Made by a program: the position numbers and the translations under genes
Notes under the pieces: generated by a model
The model's input: the letters and a program-made list of their open reading frames with translations, nothing else
Told to the model about the DNA's origin: nothing
The model's database searches: none
Shown here: positions 50,895 through 62,469 of the stretch, piece after piece
Numbering within the stretch: position 1 is the stretch's first letter
Layout: every line of letters begins with the position of its first letter
Assembly (NCBI GenBank): GCA_047495785.1
Contig: JBLDXI010000004.1
Coordinates: forward strand, 1,116,001 to 1,180,000
Direction: 5' to 3'
Length of the DNA stretch: 64,000 nucleotides
Source of the DNA: Lepidodermella squamata
Taxonomy: Eukaryota; Animalia; Gastrotricha

Positions 50895-53016
50895 ATGCCA
50901 TTTACTTATACTGAACCAGTAGACAAAGAAGAGTTGGCCAAAACGATCAGTCGATCTCGCCCTAAATCAGATTCGGTCGCCGAGCTGAAACCGCGAAGTG
51001 TAATAGCGAGAGCCGAAAAAGGGCAACTCATTCATCTCCAGCAGATGCCAGAGTCATACCTGGGTGCTGTGATGAATGGCGCTGTTGTCACTAAGGCTAC
51101 TTTGAAAATGGATTATCAAGGGATCGGAAGTGTTGAAGTTTCCTGGCCGCGCAAAGCAGAACCTTCGCCGGAGTCTAAAGCTCTCGAGTAAAATTATTTA
51201 GCTTAAATTTCCAATGCGATAAAAAATACTGCATGTGCTTTATCATCGAAGATTGATCAGAAAAGGCCTGCGGCATAATCTGGGTGCTCGGCAAACCTAT
51301 AGCATGCGGGTAGACTTAGGTTTACCTGATGTCAAGCGAGAGGTTTTTTACGAAATTCGAAAAAGGATTGGAAACATTCTACCAATTCACTCGGTTGAAG
51401 GTGATGTTTTTAGCGCTCGTAAAAACGCCAGAAAAATAATATTTTGAAAATATATTAAAAACGAAATTTTAAAATAGTATTTATAAAAATATTTAATTAT
51501 TTGTGAAATTTCATTAATTTAAAATTTAAATATTTAAATATATTTTAGATTTAAATACTTAAATAATATTTTATTATTTTATTTATATATTTGAAATATA
51601 TTTGAAATATTTGAATTCTAGATGACGGCGCCTGGAGGTCGCTATCGGATCTAGCTAATGCATGGATTCGAGACAAGATTATGTCATCTTCCTCCGTCAA
51701 TGACATTCGTCTTCAGATAGATGGCTCTGCCAACCGTACTAATCAAATACCTGGCAACGTTATCGCGAACCTTTGTAGTGTTGCAACTAAAAAAACTATC
51801 GGTTTGAGCGGCGAGCATATAATGGCGGCTTTTCGCGGGAAAGAAACCAGCGAAAATCTGGAAACATACATGGCTCCTTTCTTCAAAGATTTGTGTTCAA
51901 CCATTAATAACGGAATAATTGTTGAAAATGCTATGTATTCATTCCGCCTCATCGCAATATGTGACTACGCGCTTATGACGAAGCTCTTCGCCTGCGGTCA
52001 CCCCAACACCGACTACAGGTGCGTTGATTGCGAGTTTTTCGAATCATCTGTTACGAAGCCACCTCTTCGAACTTCGAGACACGCTTCTTCAACGCAAACT
52101 GCACATCTCTATCAAACTCGACTACGGCGGCAAAACAGCTTTTCGTCGAAAAAACGGTTATTCAAGAAAAGAAAATTTAATCTGTTTAAAAATCAGTGGA
52201 AAGGAACGAAAGGCTGGTCGAAAACCTTCTCGCCATTGATAAGACTGTCAAGAAGAAAATTAGTAATAATTCCAGACGTTTTTCATATGCAAGTTAATGT
52301 ACCTAAGCTTCTCTTTCGTGCCGTAATTTTAACCCACTAAATTAATGATTTTTGCAACTGTTTGATTTCAGGTTTTCCGATTTTACCACTTGGCAAATTT
52401 GAAATGCAGCGCTTTGAAATTAGCCGTTTTTCTGGAGAGCGCCGATCTGCGGAAACGAAAACGAATACAGGTGGTTTTTGACAAGTGGTGTTCCTCAGTC
52501 ACTCCTGCCATAAAAAATTCGAATCACTACGGCTTGGCTAAGGCAATTTATTGAAAAATTTACTTCTCGGCATTAGTTACCACATTGCTTTAGGTCTTCA
52601 AACAGTTTGCTGGGAATCTCGCGAAAACATCTTTGAAAACTGGCTTTTTCATTCCGGAAGAAATAGCTTTAACCCCTGCTTCCGAGCACCGCCTCACCTT
52701 GCTGAAAAAACTGATCCTAATGTCGCAGGTCGTATTCGATGACGTCAGAGCACGGTCAAAGGATAAAACAGTCAAAATAATGATCAACAAATACCCTGAG
52801 ATGTGGAAAGAAGCTGTAGGAAAGGTGACTTCATACGCACATATGCTCAGCGATCATGTTTACGAGCACCTGGACGAATTCGACCTACATGCTTTATCTG
52901 CTGAGAACGCTGAGCTGGAATTGAAGAAAGTATTGAAATTCGCTTTGAAATCGTCAACGAATGCAAGACCTTTGGAGAATGAAAACCGCCTTTTTTATGC
53001 GAAAATGGCTGATTAA
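50895..53016 (+). CDS. RAG1-core/Transib-like DDE transposase, 5 exons, ~560-580 aa, apparently intact
   Basis: Exons ~50895-51188, 51252-51400, 51622-52322, 52372-52470 (or 52542 with a GC donor), 52594-53016. Motifs RLQIDGS, AICDYAL...YRCVDC, PDVFH and TSYAHMLSDHVYE...ALSAENAEL are colinear with RAG1 SCDG, GYDEK...CTLC, DALH and YFHKTLAH...WASEGNES. Confidence 0.75.
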
Positions 53017-53138
53017 TTTGATTATACGGTTGAATGTTTTACAAAATTTGAGCAAGACATTACACCTTTATTTGGCTTCGACATCGGAGTGCTTCAATTA
53101 CTTCTATTTGATCACAAATTTGAAAATAAAAATTGAGT

Positions 53139-53702
53139 TCAAGCATCTTTCTCGATCACTCGCCATTTGCTCGGATTAAGGCTGGTGTCCCAGACCATTT
53201 CGTAGTCATCCTTAGAAAAGTCGAATTTGAAGAAGCCTTTCTTTATGTCAGCGTCCAGCTCAGCTATCTTTCGCAAAATCGGGGTTTGTTTTTTGCCCAC
53301 CATTCGCTCGAACGCCCCGTTTGCGTCTTCGGGATTTTCCACCATCCACGCGTCCCACGCAGACTTGGGAGCGGTGGATGATTTGCCGATTAGTGCAAAC
53401 GCTGCATGCATATGTCGCAATCGATTTTCCATTTCAAAGGACCATTTCGAGTAACCCCCTGAATAAAAAAATCATTATCGTTGACTGCTTTAAAAATTAA
53501 AAAAATGAGTACCTCGATAGCTATTGACTGCGAGTAAAACGTTTCGCAGTTTCACTCGGCGTTCGGCTGGGAGTTGCGGAGAAATGACCGTTTGCGACAA
53601 CTCAGTCATGAGTTGCTCGTCGGTCATCGCGGCAGCCGCCCCGGCATCAACTTTACGCTTCTTACCGGGGTGACTGGGACCGGGTGCGCTATTCGAAGCC
53701 AT
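53139..53702 (-). CDS. Transposon partner protein of unknown function, ~169 aa, 2 exons
   Basis: Exons 53702-53513 and 53458-53139 (54-nt GT-AG phase-1 intron) join in frame: MASNSAPGPSHPGKKRKVD...NSYR/GGYSKWSFEMENRLRHMH...WRVIEKDA; NLS-like KKRKV. Confidence 0.75.
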
Positions 53703-53957
53703 GGATAGGAACAGAAAAATCGGAAAAATCAAAATAATATTTTTGCCGGAAACGAAGAAACCACGAAGTGACGAAGCGACGAAAAATATGCACGCAGAGA
53801 TATACAAAAAACGCAATAACAATTTTTTTCGGGAGTTGACCTTTGATCCTGCAATACGGAAGCATAATGCCAAATTATCTCCCTGTAAACATTTGTCGCT
53901 ATATTTATCCGGCTGGTTTGTTTTTCATTTTCGATTTTCGTTATAATTTAGGCTGAT

Positions 53958-56233
53958 ATGAATCTGTTTATTCGCATCTGCCTGTGGCTACTTGTCGCAG
54001 ACGCTCAAATAATTATCGCAGAGTTGAACAGGTGGCGTTGCTTCTCAGTTTTTGATAACAAATTCACCGGTTGTGAAGTCAAATGCGACCAACACGAGTA
54101 TCAGGTTAACAACATGAATATTTATTGTTTCAACTCTAAATTAACGACATTTTCCAATTTTTAGTCCGACATTTCGTTCAATACTCTTCCATCTTGCCGT
54201 GACGGGGTGTGTTTGAAATTACTTTATCTATAGCGGCGGAAGAGTGTTTTACGGACGGAACGTGTATGTGTGACTAGCGCTCAGTCTGTTGCCCCCTGGT
54301 ATGAAAAAATGATGGGAGAAACCTACTTTGCTTACTGCATGGGCAGCGTCGAGAGTAGGATTTTTTCATGTAAGATTGATAAGAGGGTCCACCATTTCAA
54401 GGTCTAAGATAAAAACCGCTCGAAGACACTCACCTTACTCCACATTGTAGCGGGCAAAAATGTGGGGCTGGTTTCGATTTTCGACTCAATTTTAGCTTAA
54501 TTCGGCTTGGAGACTGCGAGCAAACCGTACTTAAGCGATTCTCCTGATATTTGGACCAGGAATAGTCTAGAATTTGTCATTTCTTGGCAGAAAGCCCCTT
54601 ATACCAGTATCAAACCCGGTCATCTTACAGCCCCGGCCAACCGCCCCGCCTTATTAGGACGCGGCACACTGCTGCCAATTCTTAGATTTGTTTGTATTTG
54701 CTTTGAAAGGCCGCTCGACTATGCTACAACCATGCGGATTACAGCTATACGTGCATTCGGGGCCCATTGAAATGCAACAAAACCAGCAACGAGATCGAGG
54801 TTCGTGCTGAAAGTCCAGACAATGCGTCCTGCCTTCCTCAGTTTTTTTATTTCATTTTTCCGATCGATTTTGCAGGCTGGACTCTTCAATGAACCAGCTG
54901 ATTTCAGGATCAATTGGGCAGACTGTCTCAATGCCACAAAAATTGCGCCTGTAAGTTTGAAATAATATATCGAGTCGATCGTGCGCCTCAACATTCTTTA
55001 GCCCAGCCAGCGAGTCATTTTTTTCGTTGGTTCCATTAAAAAAATAAAACTTGACATTAATGAAATCAGAATGGAGATTACTCAATCGAAATCGTGCCTT
55101 TTAAATTCAGTTGCAGCCATTTAAACGATGCTTTTCTGGCGGCAATTTTGTTTCCTGTTATCCTACGTCTCTCGGCTGTCCGAGAAATTTGGTAAGTTGA
55201 CGGTGCTGAAAGTTCCGTCACCACTGCTATTCTTTCTATTTTCTAGGATGTCAACAATGAACTACCCACCTACAACAATTTGCAATCTTGCTTGACCGGT
55301 GCAGGTGAGCATTTAACCTTTTTCTCTAATTTCTTTTTGTTTCGGCATGCTACTGTTTTGAAAAACGTCGACCTCTTAACACTAGCACTTTTAATGTTTC
55401 AACAGTTCCACAATCTGTAATTGATGGACTAAAGCCGCATGTCCGCTGCAAGGATAGGAAGAATGGCGATTTTGTAGGTTGCCGCCTCAAAAGCGCAGGC
55501 TGCAGCCCAGATGCAAAGATCTACGCACCGCAGCCGTTTGTCGACAAGAAAATGTGTCTGAAAGGGGTAAGTGCGCAGTAATTTTTCAGCAGCTTCTTAT
55601 TTTATTATTTCTTTCAGAATGCTGTGCTATGCAAAAGCCCATCCAGCGAAACTTGCAATGCCTTTTGCAGGAGACAAATATTTATAGTTTGGTTTCAAGT
55701 AATTATTTACCCTTTTTCACGCGAGTTTTCCACAGGCATCGGTCTATTCGAGGTCAGCAGACTTCGCGACTAACTATGCGCAATGTAAACGTAACCAAAC
55801 CACGGTGAGTGAATTTGCTACACCTCTTTTTATCAAATTCAATTCACTTAATCAGCCTGGGAAGAGCTACACTGCTGTGCGTGCAAATGCTGAACTATTC
55901 ACGCCAGGCGACGCAAGATCGGCTTGTTCGGAAAACACGAACTCGCGACTGGCTGTGATCGAAACCGAAGCAGACCGACAAGCTGTCTACGCCGCAATGA
56001 CGAACGCCTCGATCACCATCGCTTACATCGGCTTGTCGAAAACTAACGACCTGTGGCTGTTGGATGATGGTTCAGCTTATGACAACATGCCACCCTGGGC
56101 GCCGGGCTACCCGTCAGAGGTTAAGATGAACCGATGTGTTGGACTGGCGAGTATCAGTGATGCAGCTGTTCAGTTGACGGATGGATCTTGCGATTCGCCT
56201 TCAGCTAGCGCTTACATTTGTGAGACGCTGTGA
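53958..56233 (+). CDS. Lectin gene 8: signal + 5 modules + CTLD, 10 exons, intact
   Basis: MNLFIRICLWLLVADAQIIIAELNRWRCFSVFDNKFTGC...; all exons in frame; ~450-bp insertion in intron 2. Confidence 0.85.
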
Positions 56234-56329
56234 TAAACTGTATTTTTCTGCCAATTTCTCTATCTTAATTATTCGCATAATTCTCTAAATATCGCATATG
56301 ACCGAAAGTAAGGGTAAAATGTCGTTGGC

Positions 56330-56495
56330 CAGTGTGCGAAGTAGGATCCGGGAGCTGAGGTGTTTTCTACTTGTTTTCGAGGACCCAGCCGAATATACCA
56401 AAGGGTCCACCCTGTGGTTTTTTCAGTCTTCCTCTGTTTGGATTCCTGGAGCTGGGGTGTCGCGACACCCCAACACCCCTGTACTTCGCACCCTG
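56330..56495. mobile_element. hAT-type MITE
   Basis: TIR cagtgtgcgaagta / tacttcgcaccctg; perfect 8-bp TSD tcgttggc. Confidence 0.9.
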
Positions 56496-56662
56496 TCGTT
56501 GGCAGTATTTCTGCTCTGAAAATTTAATGTCAAGTCAAAATCGAATTTTTCTGGTGAACGTTCCCACTTGTATAGTATGCTATTGTGTTCGTAAATCTGT
56601 TCCTTCATTCTTTGACTATATAGCACGTTATTCTAAGAATATTTTCAGCTCTTATAATTCAG

Positions 56663-58571
56663 GCTGCATTCTTGCATTCTTCATTCTTCGATGAATTGGA
56701 CTCATTTTCGGGCTATTGGGCGGAGTGCTTGCACGCCGGACAATTCTTGCGTGTTAGTTGCGAGTGTTATACCCATGTTCCTAATACAATATTCTGAATA
56801 TTTCGCAGCCGTAAAAAATTGCGGAGCCTCATTCGAATCTGTTTAACGCTTAATTGTAATTTAAATTTGGAATTTTTTTATTTTAAGGCGCAAACAATTA
56901 CGATTTTTAGCCCGTCCTCCCTAAGCATGAGGATCCCTCATGGTTAGGTAAAATATTCAATGTACATGAATTCTAATAATACATAAAATGTGTCGCATAT
57001 AGACGGCGGGTTGAAATTGGTGAAGTTAAGGCTAATTCTCGATATTTCTCATAAGTATCGGAATTCAATGAAATAAGGGCATCCACTGCTTGGATCTGTA
57101 ATCCTTAACAAAAATCGGCGAAAACCATGGGACAAATCCTCCATCTTTTCTGAGTCTGAGTAAAAATGATTAAGCAACAGGCGCATTGATAATTGCGCAG
57201 TAGCTCGTGTCTCGTGTGCAACTTTCAGGGGGGGATGGGGGGATCACCAGCTCGGGAATCTAAGATCGCACCCTGCTCGTGTGAATGCAGCGAGAAATAG
57301 CACAATTAATACTGGGGTAGAAGATAAAATAATCATCTCATCATCTAAATAAGGAACCGTTAACCTTGCTGCTTAGTAGTATGTAGTCTGAATCCTTGTC
57401 CGGAAACCTGTGTGGGTCCCATCTACCTAGCCGCAGCCTTTTACCAACAAGGAAATGTGCCTGAAAGGGGTGAGTTGTGAGTTCTCCCAGCAGTTATAGC
57501 GAATTCCCTCTGTTTTTGTTCGAAGAATGCTGAGCTCTGTCACGAACCATCTGGCGCAATTTGTCGGGTCTTCTGTAATAGGAAATTAGAAAGAGTTTGC
57601 TTCAAAATAAGTCATTCTTCCACTTTAATGCCGTTTCTTAACAGCCATTCGTCTGCTCCAAGTCGGCAGACTTTGCGGCCAATTTTGAGAATTGCCAACG
57701 TAGCAAATACACGGTGAGCGATTTGATTCTTCTGAATCTGAATACCGATACTGAAACAGAACCGAAATAAATGGTCTCGTACAAATGGTAAGGAGCCTCA
57801 GAGTCAACCATACAGGCAATAATGGGGCTATTGAGTTGAGCTAGGAGCTGGGAGAATATCTACACAGCTTACTCAATTTGGCTCAGATTTTAAATACTGA
57901 ATTCAGACCACTCCTACTGTTGATTTGTTGTTCGCATGGCCAAAGTGAAAAATCTGAGAAAAAAACAATAGGGGGACCCTTCGGTGATGAAATTGGTGGT
58001 TGGAATTCCACGACCCTACTACGCACATGGATGACGCAAAACTTCTAAACATAGCGCATGAATCACGGGGAGACATAGAATTTCTATTTTCCACCTAATC
58101 AGTTGATTGCCTACGAATTCAACTTACTAATTTGTATTCTGATATGCCGGCTGATTTTAATAAATAAATATTGTCTTGGTTATTTATGTACAGGGTGCGA
58201 AAGATTTTACTGTTGTGGCAACGGATGCTGAAACATTGACGCAAGACGACGCAAGGAGGGCGTGTTCGAACAAGACAAACTCTCGCTTAGCTGTGATCGA
58301 AACCGAAGCTCAACGACAAGCTGTTTACGCCGCAATGTTAGACGCCTCGGTCACCACCGCTTACATCGGCTTGTCGAAAACTAAAGACCAGTGGTTGTGG
58401 GATGACGGTTCAGCCTATGCTGACATGCCACCCTGGGCGCCTGGCTACCTATCCTAGGCGAAGATGAACCGATGTGTTGGGCTGGCGAGTATCAGCGATG
58501 CAGCTGTGAATTTGCCCTTAGGGTCTTGCGTTTCGCCTTCAGCCGACGCTTACATTTGTGAGACTCGGTGA
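56663..58571 (+). pseudogene. Lectin gene 9 pseudogene, paralog of gene 7
   Basis: Exons 1-3 deleted; remnants of exons 4, 7, 8 and 9; the CTLD exon has GAG to TAG at 58455-58457. Confidence 0.85.
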
Positions 58572-59356
58572 TTTTCAAATGATGAAATTGATTGAGTTCA
58601 GCTGTATATTTGATTATGATAACTGAGTATGTGAGTTATGTTTGAGTAAAATAGAGGAGAAAATTAAAATCGATTCACTGGTCCTTTCTTGCCTCTTCAA
58701 TATCCAAACAGTAGCTCCAGATTGCGCGAATTTGGAAATTTGTTTGAGACCGGCAGGGGGTAGGGTTCCGACTAGGTCCAGCTCTGAGGGGGGTAAATCG
58801 AGCATTTTGAGCCCTAAATTTGAAAATCAGCAGTTTTTCAGAAAATTTCGAACGCCAGGGGGGTTTGTTTACCCCCCTTACCCCCCCCCCCCCCCCCCAT
58901 ACTCGGACCACTCGGACCGGTATCATTCGTGTCGTGGAAGAAAAAACCTTAGCACAATATCTTTTGCTTGCTGGTGCGAGCTGGTTGTTCCGCGCAACCA
59001 TCCGCGTTCATCAAACAGTTCTTCCCATTCAGACGGGCAATATTTTATCGAATTAGCGCCCGAATTTGGAATATTAAATTTTTTACGAGGTGAGTTGTCA
59101 GTTGCACTGAAGATTAGTCAATTAACCGAGCGGAATGAAATCTGAACTGATTCCGCTTATTTGTCTAGAAAGTGTTGCGTAATTGAAGTCGCGTGTCGAA
59201 CAGCATGACGTCATTAAATTTGAAAAAATCGCCGAGAAAGAATTCATTTGAAATTATGCTGAGCTAGATATTTCACTATTGGACTATTATATCCCGATTT
59301 ATAGAGGACACTGATAAGTACAATTTATCAACGTTTTTTGAATGCTCTAGTTACGA

Positions 59357-61198
59357 ATGAATCTGCCAGTTCACATTGTCATCTGGTTTCTAATCGGCTA
59401 CTTTCCCTGTTTTTCATCAGCCCAATGGAAGCGTTGCTTCTCAGTTTTCGATAACAGCTATTCCGGCTGTCGAACAAATTGCTCAATCACGCAGCAATAC
59501 CAGGTCATTTTTCTCATTTTCTAAGTTTTTAATTCAGATATTAATATATTTCGCTCTACTACAGGTTGGGAAATCTTTTGCCGACTCCGCGAAATGCAAA
59601 ATAGGCGTGAGTTAATCGACTTATCTCATTTGTTGAAGTTGAAAAATGACTTTTACCCAAGAACGCAAGGCTTTGCTTCGACCACGTCTCGATAACCCTA
59701 CGATGCGTTCCAGGCAATGTCAAATGTGACACCATTAGCGAGCTCGATGTGAGTTTAGTTTCCGAACCTCACATATCTAAATTTTAATTACGACTATCGA
59801 AATACAGGTTGGAACGTTCAATCGCAAACAATTCGGATTAAATTGGAAAGATTGCAGGGCAGCCCTAGCTGTATTTCCGGTTGGTTTTTTTTATACCTAA
59901 TTCGTATAATTAAAGTTTTCAACGTCAGCTAACTGTTCTCAGAATAAGGATTTTTTTTTACTTTGATTATTTCAGTCTCGCAAGTTCATTCGTTGCACCA
60001 TAGGTGACTCAATCGTTACGTGTGTTCCTTTTCCCAACAAATGCCCGCTTAACATGGTGAGTCTGCGACTACCTCTTCGCTCAATCTTTTGTACATAATG
60101 GACAGAAAATGAGCTTAACTCCGATTCACAAGTACCGAGGACTAAAATCTTGCCTGAATGGCACAGGTTTTTTTGAAAGCATTTTTCATTTCACTCATAG
60201 TATTTCCAACTTTCGAAACAGGCGATTACCCTATGAGCAATAAGCCACACATTCGCTGTTTCAACGCTAAGAACAAGCAGTTCGAAGGGTGCCGCCCGAA
60301 AACCACAGGCTGCTCGCCTGATATCGAACTGCTTTCACCGCAGCCCTTCGCAGATAAGTTCAACTGCCTTACTGGCGTAAGGTTCAAAGTTCGATTCGAT
60401 CATGAGCTTAATTTAAATGTTTTCAAGGTAGCTGTTCGCTGTAAAACGCCGTCTCGCAAGATTTGCAATGGATTCTGCCAACAGGACTCACAAATCGTAA
60501 TGCTTCGGCCTAATTATGAAACTTGTTGTGATTTCTCTAGCTTTCTACAGGAAGCCGTGTTTTCAGATTCGAGGGACTTTGCAGATAACTACGCGCAATG
60601 TCTGCATTCCAGTGGCCAAATTCCCATCTTGGGGTCAGGACGGGTTCGCAAATTTCAGCCATCAATAGTTCCCAAGCCCTAAGCCTTAGCATTTGGACAT
60701 ATAACCATCAGTGACTGAATTTAAAATGGATTAACACGAAATTGACCGCGTAAAATACAGGAAACTATAGAAAAATTGCCCCTCACTTTTTTGATTTTGC
60801 AAATATTTTAAATTTTCTAGCGGATCAAAACGTTTGCTGTCCATGTCCCATCGTACGAATTCGAGTCGGATCGCATGCAATTGGACGCGATACTAGCTTG
60901 TTCTGAGTGGGAGAACACATCTCTGGCGATGATAAAGAATGAAGATGAGCGGCAGGCTGTCTATGAAGCCATGGTCAACGCCGAAGTTACGAGTGCCTAC
61001 TTGGATTTGTCGAAAGGACTAGGCGGATGGACGTGGGGCGATGGCAGCGTGTATGATTCGATGCCACCATGGGCGCCAAATTACCCGAGGCCGAGGACAT
61101 GCGTCGGGATTGCCAGAATTATCGACAAAGCATTATACCTTGTCGATGGATCTTGCAATCTTCCTTCGGCCTTCGCTTTTATCTGTGAAACGTTTTGA
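59357..61198 (+). CDS. Lectin gene 10: signal + 5 modules + more divergent CTLD, 10 exons, intact
   Basis: MNLPVHIVIWFLIGYFPCFSSAQWKRCFSVFDNSYSGC...; last exon from 60821 RIKTFAVH...WAPNYP...FICETF. Confidence 0.85.
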
Positions 61199-62062
61199 AC
61201 ACAATTTCATGTTGTCGGAAAAATTATGCTGATGTAATTTACGATGAGCTTGGGCAAAATAAAGCAGAGGATCTATATGTGGTTAATTCCTAATTCCAAG
61301 ATTTGAGAAGCAATGACAATCCGAGAGTTACGTTTCCTCTGGCATTTTAGTTCATCATTTTATCACCGCCAATTTGAAATATTGGCCAGAATCGGTCGCG
61401 TTCTATTCCCGTTCTATATTCGATTTCAAAAGACAATTCTCTAGTGAAACAATTCACAGAGCTAATTCTTGTAGACATGTTGCTAGCAAAAAAAATACGC
61501 GAGATTTTTCCAGATAATAATAAATCACAAATCATGACCCATGATTTTACAGATTGTCGCTATAAACTCGTTCAAAGTTAGATAATTGGTTGATAATTTT
61601 GTTGTTTTAAAGTCCCATTTATTGTCCTTGCAAAAAGTCCACGTTCTATTTCCGTTATCAATCGAGTTCACACGGAAATTCTCAGGAACCCAATCTCCGA
61701 TAGCAATATTCTAGGAGCCAATTTTCCAAGCTCATGATCACCAAAACGAAGACGTATGGATTTCGCCATGTTTTAAAATGCCAACCTACTATCTCTAATA
61801 AATCTGAACTTTTAAAATTGCGTGTCCAGTGACTTGATTGTCAGTAAGTAGGCCACGTTCTATTTCCGTTTTTTCTCGAGTTCACAAGACAATTTAAATG
61901 AAACGAACTTTTGATATCACAATGCTGGTAGACAATTGTTAAGCTCGTGCTCACACACAAAAGATGATGCGTGGTTTTTCTAATGAGGCATGAAGATTTC
62001 ATTCGATGGAATTTTCCAAACATTTTCTTATTTTCTTCTATTTGTGAAATAGTTTTCATTTT

Positions 62063-62469
62063 ATGATGGCTTGCCATTATTTTACTATGCTGTCAGTTCT
62101 CATGATAGCGCTGATGGGCCAGGGAGTGTTAGCAGCGCGATCGCATGTGCGATGCTACTCACAGCTGAACAACCGATTCAAATCCTGCAACGAAGCTTCA
62201 CAAGGCTGCGATGCACTCCGCGAGTATCAAGTGAGCTTCATTTTATAATGATATCAGTCCTAAATACTGATTTCCCCAAACAGGATAATCGGGACTTCGC
62301 GAACGCGAGTGACTGCAATAAAGGCGTAAGATTTAATTACACATGATCACTGCTGATTCCTTACAACGATTTTTGGGAACAGAGCGTTGTTATGTGCTAC
62401 AAATTCGAGGTTCTTACTCCGTGGTGCGTGCCTGGAAACATCGGATGCGACGAGGTGAACGAAATGACG
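62063..62469 (+). CDS. Lectin gene 11, first three exons (most like gene 1); remainder not found in the window
   Basis: MMACHYFTMLSVLMIALMGQGVLAARSHVRCYSQLNNRFKSC...YQ / DNRDFANASDCNKG / SVVMCYKFEVLTPWCVPGNIGCDEVNEMT. Confidence 0.8.

Larger units (their letters stand above)
50578..53871. mobile_element. Two-gene DNA transposon with RAG1/Transib-like transposase
   Basis: 35-bp TIRs ggcattatgcttccggattgcaggatcaaaggtca / tgacctttgatcctgcaatacggaagcataatgcc (1 mismatch); two convergent genes inside; no clear TSD. Confidence 0.9.

Noticed and set aside
53139-53702. Calling the partner gene RAG2
   Set aside because: Only ~169 aa, with no kelch repeats or PHD cysteines; only its position resembles RAG2L.
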